In this document: piece by piece, positions 56,859-64,000 of the stretch | How positions within the stretch are numbered: position 1 is the stretch's first letter | How the letters are laid out: each line of letters starts with the position of its first letter | Translations under genes and position numbers: made by a program | Notes under the pieces: model-generated | What the model was told of the DNA's origin: nothing | The model's input: the letters and a program-made list of their open reading frames with translations, nothing else | Databases searched by the model: none | NCBI GenBank assembly: GCA_965648905.1 | Contig: CBFGIT010000010.1 | Location: forward strand, 1-64,000 | DNA: 64,000 nucleotides | Direction of reading: 5' to 3' | Source: a candidate division WOR-3 bacterium | Lineage (GTDB): Bacteria > Hydrothermota > Tepidihabitantia > Tepidihabitantales > Tepidihabitantaceae

Positions 56859-58802
56859 CTACCGGGTCAGTACGACCTTGCGGGTCTGGCTGAAGCCCGA
56901 GGATTCGACACGGAGCAGGTAAGCGCCGGGCCTCACGGCACGCCCATTGGCATCCAGCCCGTTCCAGGTTGCGCTGTACGTACCCCGCCCACGGAATCCC
57001 GTGGCCACGCGCCGGACCACCCGACCAAGCGCGTCGTAGACACCGACGTCCACATAGCCCGGCTGCGAAACCGCGTAGTCGATGCGCGTTGCGGCACCGA
57101 TGATGGCTGGCCCGAGTTCGACAAGCTCCACTGGTTGGACACATCTGTCGGCCAGCACGGCGTCTCGGCTGCCGTCGTCCGATTTCCGCTTGTACGGATA
57201 GCACTGATATAGCTTCAGCTCGGCCAGCACGGCGTAGTCGCCCACAAGCCTCGTGATATCAAGGTCCACCCTGGAGTCCCCAACGTACTTCTCGCGCGGG
57301 ATGTACACGAGAACCGTCTCAAGAACGCCTGGCTCGAACCGAACCCTCGCGACCTGCACGCTGTCAAGAGAGAAACTCTGCTCCCACGTGTCCTGGCTAG
57401 CCTGGTACAGGACCGCCTCTACCCGGTAGTCGTAGTTCGGGTTCAGATACCAGAGACGGTACTTCAGTCCCTCGCGGCCATAGTCAACTGAATGGCCACG
57501 CCAGCGCCTGAAACCATCTCGGGCCAGGCAGTACCGCGAACGTACAGAGTCGCCAGCTTGGACGTCGTAGTACACGAACCCCCTGAAACCGTCGTGCGGT
57601 GGCGGCGTGAACACGTCGCGCCGGAACAGCACCTCATAGGGCGTCGGCGAGCCCGGTGCGGCTTCGCTGGTCCAGGCCGTGTGGAGCACGAGGTACTCTT
57701 CTGGGAGCGTGGACACTTCAGCAGCGATGTTCGGATACAGGGATTGAGGTTCGTCCACCTGGAGTGGAAACGTCGGCGGAAGCATGAACAGGTTCAACCA
57801 GATATCCTCGTCCACGGTGACATCCGCGCGCTGGTGCCACGCATGCGCCCACGGAGTGGACTGCTGCGGGCAATTGGCGTACTCCGTGGCCGCGTCGAGG
57901 ACAGGCTGAATGGGGAACCACACGCTAGGTGGGTCTTCCACGTACCGCTGTGCTCGCCATATCATGCCATCGTCACCTTGCTCCTTGCTTCGCCAGACGA
58001 CATAGACTGACTCTGCGAAGCTCTCGATCGAGGGATTGAACGCAGGTTTGTACAGGTCCGGCCGGGCTTGGGATACTTCCCATTGCCCGTCCCACCAGCC
58101 CGGCGCGATTCTCATCCTGTACCAGAGCTGGCGGTCGAACTGCGGGGGCAGCTGCTCACACCAAGACACATGGACGTACTCGCCTGGACCCCTCTCGCCA
58201 CCTGTGACAGCTACGCTGGGTTCCCAGAGATGCGCGTCGGCCGGGGCGGCCCAGGCGGCATCCGGCGGCTCCACTGGACCGGACGAGAGGGTGACCGTGT
58301 GCAAGCGTATGATGTGGTAAGACCATTCGGGGTCAAACCAGCCGTACGCGACACATACTGCTGGTCCGGTGCTTGCGACGGGAGGCTTGTGGCACACCGC
58401 CATCGACGGCGGGGTAAACACGTTGTCTTTGCACACCTCGAATGCCTGCCATATGCCAGAAGCCAGCCGCGCGGCCGTGAAGAGCTTCTGTGGGGCCCAT
58501 TTCCAGTAGCTGACCCAAGGCTGGCCTCCCTCACATACAATGCAGGGCTCTCTGCCTTCTCCGACGACCTCAACCGGCGACCAAGTGCTTCCCTGGTCGG
58601 TCGAGTACGAGTAGTGTATGGGTGAGTCGTCAGTTTCGCCGTAGGCGAAGACCAGGTGAAGCCATCCGGTCACAGGGTCCAGGGCCAGGTGGCGGCCCTG
58701 GTTGTACGCCGTAGCGTACTGGGTCTCGGTCGGGAACGACTGTCCAGCTACCGCAGACAGAAGCCCGACCACTGCGAACATGAAACAGATGCTTCTGACC
58801 AT
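56859..58802 (-). CDS. BNR/sialidase-like repeat protein with T9SS C-terminal sorting domain
   Basis: Start set to MVRSICFMFAVVGLLSAVAG (AAGGAGG RBS); BNR motif SYSTDQGSTW; CTD ..GAYLLRVESSGFSQTRKVVLTR. Confidence 0.6.
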   Translation of the reverse strand: MVRSICFMFAVVGLLSAVAGQSFPTETQYATAYNQGRHLALDPVTGWLHLVFAYGETDDSPIHYSYSTDQGSTWSPVEVVGEGREPCIVCEGGQPWVSYWKWAPQKLFTAARLASGIWQAFEVCKDNVFTPPSMAVCHKPPVASTGPAVCVAYGWFDPEWSYHIIRLHTVTLSSGPVEPPDAAWAAPADAHLWEPSVAVTGGERGPGEYVHVSWCEQLPPQFDRQLWYRMRIAPGWWDGQWEVSQARPDLYKPAFNPSIESFAESVYVVWRSKEQGDDGMIWRAQRYVEDPPSVWFPIQPVLDAATEYANCPQQSTPWAHAWHQRADVTVDEDIWLNLFMLPPTFPLQVDEPQSLYPNIAAEVSTLPEEYLVLHTAWTSEAAPGSPTPYEVLFRRDVFTPPPHDGFRGFVYYDVQAGDSVRSRYCLARDGFRRWRGHSVDYGREGLKYRLWYLNPNYDYRVEAVLYQASQDTWEQSFSLDSVQVARVRFEPGVLETVLVYIPREKYVGDSRVDLDITRLVGDYAVLAELKLYQCYPYKRKSDDGSRDAVLADRCVQPVELVELGPAIIGAATRIDYAVSQPGYVDVGVYDALGRVVRRVATGFRGRGTYSATWNGLDANGRAVRPGAYLLRVESSGFSQTRKVVLTR

Positions 58803-59042
58803 GAGAGAACCTCCTTGATGGTCACGAGAACATCTCTTTGGGAGTACGGCGAGTTCGTGCAACGGAGCTTCCCAAGGAAGCGCGCATACCGGCGGTCGGG
58901 AGCGGTCCCGTGCCAGCTTGCCCACCGTCATCCCGCCAAGAGTCTAGGCCAAGTCAGTCCGAAGTCAATGCCGCGCAGATTCGATCTCTGTGCAAGCCGG
59001 CCCCAAATGGCGCGGCACGGGCACTTGGTGCGCAAGACCGCG

Positions 59043-60482
59043 CTACCGCGCTGAGCCGGGCGCGAACAGCCGCCTCAAGTACAGCCTGACCGCGGCCCCG
59101 AACTTGCGCCAGCTCGCCCGCTGGAACAGCTTGCCGAGCAGCGTCTTGACTCCGGCCCAGCCTCCGAATCGCTGGCGGATGATGCGCAGCCTGATGGCCG
59201 AGAGTTCATCGACGCCAAGCTCGGGCTGCAGGAGCAGAGGAATCGATGGGTCCTGGCTCAGGTCGACAAGGCGCGGGTCAGAGTACTCCTCGCTCCACGA
59301 GAAGCCGGCAGGCAGCAGGCCGTGTTCTCGGGCATAGGTCTCAAGGTGCGTTCCCGGGTAGATGCGGACGCCCGCGCCACAGGCAAGGGTGGAGATGCGC
59401 TTGCGGTGTTTCTCGACGAACCGGAACGTCTGCTCGACATCGGCCATGGTCTCTGCAATGTGGCCCATGGAGAAAAAGACCTTGGTCTTGAGTCCCAGGT
59501 CGGCGCACCAGCCGAGCAGTTCTTCGGCTCGCTCTAGACGGAACCCCTTACACATCGCGTCGAGCACGCGCTGACTGGCTGACTCGATGCCGAAGTCGAC
59601 GTAGTAGCAGCCTGCCCGCTGCATCCTCTCAAGCAGGGGCAGGTCAACCGTGCCGACCCTGATTTCGCACTCCCAGGGGAAACTGAGGCCCCGGCGTTCG
59701 ATTTCGGCACAGATGCCTTCGATGTGGGGCCGGCGCAGGGTGATGGTCGAGTCAAAGAACCTGATGCCCTCGTAGCCGTACTTATCCATGAGCAGTTGGA
59801 CCTGGTCGAGCACATACCCGGCCGAGTGGCAGGTAACGTCATGTCCGTACATCGCGCTGGCCGAGCAGAAGGTGCACTGCATGGTGCAGCCGCGCGAGGA
59901 GATGAACGCGATGCCGCGCTTGTTCAGGAATTCCATCCTGAGTGCGTAGCGGTTCATCGCCAGCAGGTCCCAGGCCGGGCCGGGCAGCGAGTCGAGGTGC
60001 TGGATGCGCACCGGCGGCCCGGTTTCGACGATGCCGCGGTTCTGCCGGAACAGCAGACCCGGGACGCGGGTGAGCTCAGCCGGTCCTGTCCTCAACGTAC
60101 GCAGAATGACGGTCATGCTCTCTTCGCCTTCTCCCCGCACCACGATGTCGATGTCGGGCACGTGAGCGAGCGTGTCGCGGCCGGTGAACGAGGCATGGAC
60201 GCCTCCGAAGACCGTCCTGATTTCGGAGCTGAAACACTTGACCCGGCGGGCGATGTCGAAGCTCTGGTAGCGCGTGTGGGTTGTGCCGGAGATCCCGACC
60301 ACGCGCGGCTGGAGTTCGGCAAGGTGTTTCTCCAGGGGCTGTTGTTCGACTTCGTAGTCGAGGAGTTTCACCGAGAATCCCCCTGCCCGGGCGTGGGCCG
60401 CAATGTAGGCCAGGCCGAGCGGCGGTATCAGCTCGAACGGAGTTCCCCGTTCCTTGGGGTTTACCAGCAACAGGTCAATCAT
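59043..60482 (-). CDS. B12-binding domain radical SAM protein
   Basis: N-terminal cobalamin-binding region then CTMQCTFCSA (CxxxCxxC) radical SAM motif. Confidence 0.8.
   Translation of the reverse strand: MIDLLLVNPKERGTPFELIPPLGLAYIAAHARAGGFSVKLLDYEVEQQPLEKHLAELQPRVVGISGTTHTRYQSFDIARRVKCFSSEIRTVFGGVHASFTGRDTLAHVPDIDIVVRGEGEESMTVILRTLRTGPAELTRVPGLLFRQNRGIVETGPPVRIQHLDSLPGPAWDLLAMNRYALRMEFLNKRGIAFISSRGCTMQCTFCSASAMYGHDVTCHSAGYVLDQVQLLMDKYGYEGIRFFDSTITLRRPHIEGICAEIERRGLSFPWECEIRVGTVDLPLLERMQRAGCYYVDFGIESASQRVLDAMCKGFRLERAEELLGWCADLGLKTKVFFSMGHIAETMADVEQTFRFVEKHRKRISTLACGAGVRIYPGTHLETYAREHGLLPAGFSWSEEYSDPRLVDLSQDPSIPLLLQPELGVDELSAIRLRIIRQRFGGWAGVKTLLGKLFQRASWRKFGAAVRLYLRRLFAPGSAR
59068..59335. 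repeat. Direct repeat copy B (intact 3' end of rSAM gene)
   Basis: Matches 54790-55050. Confidence 0.8.
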
Positions 60483-60569
60483 GCGAAGTCTGGCGAATGA
60501 TAGGAGGGCACGGGCCGGCTGTCAAAGGAACCGGCCGGGTCCAAGACCCGGCGGGCTTGATTCGGCACG

Positions 60570-61067
60570 TTGCTCTGCTATAGTCCGACCGTGGATAGCA
60601 CTCACATCCTCGAAGCCGCGGGTCGGTTTCACGGCCATATCGGGCCCTGGCTTGCTCTTGGCGTTCGGGCCGGTCTGCTGGCCATGGAACGGCTCGGAGC
60701 CTCCCACTTTGGCCTTGGGGCCGACGTGCGCTGCCCGGAGCGCACTCCCTACACGTGTTTCCTTGACGGCATTCAATTCAGCACCGGCTGTACCATGGGC
60801 AAGGGTAACATCCGCCATCTTGTTGCTGAAGGCTGCTCGGTCGTTTTCTCGACCAGCGGAAAAGGTCTGCCGGGTCGCACGTTGGAACTGGGGGTTGCGC
60901 CGGACCTGTGGGCCGAGTTACACGAAGACCGTCAACTGAACGATCGGCAGGTGACTTTGCTCGGCTATGACGTGTTCGAGAGGCCGACTGAGTCTCTGTT
61001 CCGGGAATACCCACCCGATACGAATTCCGAAACCAGCAGCACCGGACCGGAGTCTAACGAGCCGTAA
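60570..61067 (+). CDS. FmdE/FwdE-domain protein (formylmethanofuran dehydrogenase subunit E-like)
   Basis: RFHGHIGPWLALGVRAG motif typical of FmdE domain; divergent from rSAM gene. Confidence 0.6.
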   Translation: MLCYSPTVDSTHILEAAGRFHGHIGPWLALGVRAGLLAMERLGASHFGLGADVRCPERTPYTCFLDGIQFSTGCTMGKGNIRHLVAEGCSVVFSTSGKGLPGRTLELGVAPDLWAELHEDRQLNDRQVTLLGYDVFERPTESLFREYPPDTNSETSSTGPESNEP

Positions 61068-61088
61068 CCCAATCAGGAGGTGAGCAAT

Positions 61089-61538
61089 ATGGCTCGTAAT
61101 CTAGTTACCTGGGACCCGTTCCGTGAGATGACTTCGATGCGGGACGAAATGGAACGGCTCTTTGATAACATGCTCGGTCGCTATCCGCGCGAGCGGGCTG
61201 ATGCATTCTGGGTGCCGTCGGTTGACGTCGAAGAGAGCAACGAGGCGGTGACGGTTCGTGCCGAGATTCCCGGCATGAAGAAGGACGACATCAAAGTGAC
61301 GGTGTCGGATGACCTGGTCACCATCAGCGGCGAACGCAAGCATGAAGTCGAGCAGAAGGACAAGACCTTTCACCGCATCGAGCGCGTCTACGGCAAGTTC
61401 CAGCGCACGATCGGCCTGCCGGCTGATGTCGAGGGCGACAAGGCCAAGGCCAGCTACAAGGCCGGAGTACTTGAGCTGGTTCTGCCCAAGTCGGCCAAAG
61501 CCCGGGCCCACGAAGTACAGATAAAGGCCGAGGAATAG
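61089..61538 (+). CDS. Hsp20/alpha-crystallin family small heat-shock protein
   Basis: Alpha-crystallin domain (AFWVPSVDVEESNEAVTVRAEIPGMKKDDIKV...GVLELVLPK). Confidence 0.85.
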   Translation: MARNLVTWDPFREMTSMRDEMERLFDNMLGRYPRERADAFWVPSVDVEESNEAVTVRAEIPGMKKDDIKVTVSDDLVTISGERKHEVEQKDKTFHRIERVYGKFQRTIGLPADVEGDKAKASYKAGVLELVLPKSAKARAHEVQIKAEE

Positions 61539-61561
61539 CGCCTCATTCCTCTGGTCTTGCC

Positions 61562-61590
61562 GGACCCGCCTTCGGGCGGGTCCTTCTGTT
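61562..61590 (+). terminator. Rho-independent terminator after hsp20
   Basis: ggacccgcc-ttcg-ggcgggtcc then ttctgtt. Confidence 0.7.
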
Positions 61591-61692
61591 GGTGCGTGAC
61601 CCGCCCCGAGCCTACGGTCAAGGAGAGGGACCGGGCAGAGCTTGACAGGCGCAGTTGAGCCGCGAGACTATTGAGGCCCGAAAGGAGTATCG

Positions 61693-63891
61693 ATGATGAA
61701 GTTCTGCTTACTGGCAGTCTGGGTCGGTGTTGCCCAGGCCGCCTGGATTTCAGTTGGTCCGGATGGCGGGTACGTCCAGGCGTTTGGCGTTGACCCGCAG
61801 GCACACGAGCATCTCTACGCGGCCTGCTATGACTACCCGGAGAACTCAAGGCTGTTTCGTTCGACCGATGCCGGCGCATCCTGGGCGCTGCTGGGTACGA
61901 TTCCTTATCCGTCGGTTACAGCTCTGGCGGTTGACCCGTTTGATGCGCGTTTCATCTACGTTGCCGCACGCGGGTCAGGACTGTACCGCTCGGACGACGG
62001 CGGTGCGAGCTGGCGCATGTATAGTCTGCCCGGTCAAGCCAATGCATTCGACTGGAGCACGGGCGTGGCCGGTCGGATCGTTGCTGGCGGCTACTACCTG
62101 TCAGGCGGCAGCTACCGGGCGGCACTGTTCGTTTCGACCGACCGTGGGGCAACGTGGTCGGTGTCAATGCCGCGGCCGGATACGGTGTTCTACGCCTATG
62201 CCTGTGCCGCAGACCCATCCCGGCCTGGGACCGTGTATCTGGGCAGCAGCTCAGGTTACCTGCATCTTACCACTAATGGCGGCAGCACGTGGACTCTTGT
62301 TAACTCGGGCCTGCCGTCGACCGCGACGACCATGAGTCTGGCGGTCAACTCGGACGGCAGCGCAGTGCTGGCCGGGACCAGCGCCGGCATATACCGCAGC
62401 ACAAACCAGGGTGCAAGCTGGACACTGGGTACGGGCTCGCCCGGCTCGGTGACGAGCGTCACTTTCTCGCCGGCAGACGCGCGGTACGCCTGGACCCTGG
62501 GCCGGACTGATTCGATGCGGGTCATGGTTTCGACCGACGCGGGCAGTCGCTGGACCGTACCGGTGCCGGGCTTTGTGACGCTCAAGACCGCAACCCTCGT
62601 GCCCGACCCGGCGACCCCAACCTGCGCTTACCTCGGTACCCAGACCGGGGTCTTTCGTTCGACCGACATGGGCGCAATCTGGAACCCGGCGCATACCGGT
62701 TTGCGTATCGCCAAGATTTCGACGATCGCGGCCGGGCCCTGGAACAGCGAACGGGCCTACCTTGAAGTATCTGAAAACGGTGTCTTCAAGACTCTGAACC
62801 GGGGCTCGAACTGGACCCGGTGCAACGACTTCCTTTCCTGCGGTAACATCTGTGGAATCGGGGTACTGACCGAATCCGGCGGCGACGTCTTGTACGCGCT
62901 TGAGGGCTCGGGCTGAGGCAACGCCGAGCTCTTCAAGAGCACGGACGGCGGTGCCGTCTGGATAGAAATCGAAAGCTACTACGGTGAGGGCGGGGCCTGC
63001 ATCGGTCATCCGGATTCGCTCAGGACCCTGCTTACCGGGGGGCAGGGCGCGGCAGCAGACAGCTACGGGTTCGTCGTTTCAACTTCCTTCAATGCCGGAC
63101 AGAGCTGGCTGAGGAGGCGCATGGCTTATCCGTGTCGCGGCTACTGCAATGCGCTGGCCGTACGTACCGGGACAGACCGGGCCGTGTACGCAGGCGGGTG
63201 GGTTAACTTCCCGACTGGAACGTCTGGTGCGGTCCTGAAGTCTACCGACTTTGGCGCGACGTGGGAATCGTTGCCCGGTCCTCTGCCTGATACGGTGTTC
63301 GGCATTGTGGCCGACGACCAGGACGGGCCTTTGGTCTTCTGCGCGACGACGAGCGGTGTCTATCGCACGACCAACGAAGGGCAGAGCTGGACCAGAGTGC
63401 TGGGTCAGCGCGGAATGCGGGCATTGGCTCGGGCTGGAACGCGCTGTGCCGCGGCCGGAGATTCCGGGGTCTGGGTGACCACGGACCAGGGCGCAAGCTG
63501 GGTCAAACTCGATTCCGGCCTTGGTTCGACCAGGGTGAACTGCCTTGAGTTCATGGCCGGAGCTGATGACTGGCTCTGGCTATTGGCCGGCACTCACGGC
63601 AGGGCAGTGTTCTACTGGGACTTCGGGCCGACCGCGGCCGCGGGGCCTTGCGTTCCGGTCGGGTGCAGGATACCAGCGTCGGTGCTGCGCGCCCGGCTGG
63701 TTCTGGATCTGGAGCAGGGGTCAAGGGTTCGGTTACTTGATGCTGCGGGCCGGACCGTGCTCAGCAGGCGTCTGCACCGGGGTCGGGCAGAGCTGGATGT
63801 TTCGTATCTGCCTGCCGGTCTCTACTTTGTGCAGCGGACCGACGTAGAGTCCGGCAAGTCGGTTACGACCAAGGTCGTGGTCGAGCGCTAG
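61693..63891 (+). pseudogene. BNR (xxDxGxTW) repeat T9SS cargo gene interrupted by in-frame TGA at 62914-62916 (ORFs 61693..62916 and 63121..63891 share one frame)
   Basis: Signal peptide; at least 8 BNR repeats (STDAGASW, DDGGASW, STDRGATW, TNGGSTW, STNQGASW, STDAGSRW, STDMGAIW); the supposedly intergenic 62917-63120 continues in frame with another BNR unit (KSTDGGAVW); C-terminal T9SS CTD. Confidence 0.6.
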
Positions 63892-64000
63892 CGCGGTCTC
63901 GATGCAGTGGCCAGGCCGACTGAGGCGATGATGGCCATCAGCGGCTCGACTGGTGCACGGAACCGGGCATCGCCGACCGGCCCGACCGAAAGCGTGAAGT

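Noticed and set aside
62914-62916. UGA read as Gly (genetic code 25 / SR1-Gracilibacteria) to explain the in-frame TGA in the BNR cargo gene
   Set aside because: TGA unambiguously terminates well-conserved genes in this window (rpoB at 38071-38073, tuf at 30793-30795, ICMT and others); the GC content is also far too high for those lineages

Overview
This 64-kb, roughly 62-66% GC window is mostly core chromosome from a Gram-negative bacterium that carries a type IX secretion system (T9SS). At least four proteins end in T9SS C-terminal sorting domains and there is a SprA/Sov-like giant outer-membrane protein, so an FCB-superphylum lineage is likely; I cannot name the phylum from sequence alone. 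Backbone, left to right: an IS256-family transposase 3' fragment plus a 24-bp tandem repeat array; an EPS priming sugar transferase; an M23 peptidase; holB; comEA; the SprA-like translocon; dxs-ispA-folD; an ABC-F ATPase; arfB. Then the classic tRNA(Thr-Tyr-Gly-Thr)-tuf-rpmG-tRNA(Trp)-secE-nusG-rplKAJL-rpoBC-rpsLG cluster; an rrf2-ferredoxin-hcp module; fpg/nei; an ABC-2 exporter; an EamA transporter; a FadL-like OMP; several T9SS cargo proteins (Kelch-like, FG-GAP, BNR); a B12-binding radical SAM protein; an FmdE-like protein; and hsp20. The most interesting part is a lower-GC, visibly decaying accessory island at about 18.2-24.1 kb, wedged between arfB and a core lipoprotein gene. It encodes a beta-class N4/N6 DNA methyltransferase with no recognisable cognate restriction enzyme. 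Beside it are a HEAT-repeat protein with an unassigned N-terminal domain (separated from an upstream 144-aa ORF by a single in-frame TAA), an ATGA-coupled SPFH/band-7 gene pair, an 8-Cys zinc-ribbon protein, an SF2 helicase truncated after motif Ia, and about 700 bp of non-coding debris. This is my candidate for a novel R-M-like or defence module. Other notable points are a roughly 260-bp direct repeat (a duplicated rSAM 3' end) bracketing two T9SS cargo genes, a BNR cargo gene interrupted by an in-frame TGA, and a strong promoter with a roughly 345-nt leader upstream of a PAS histidine kinase.
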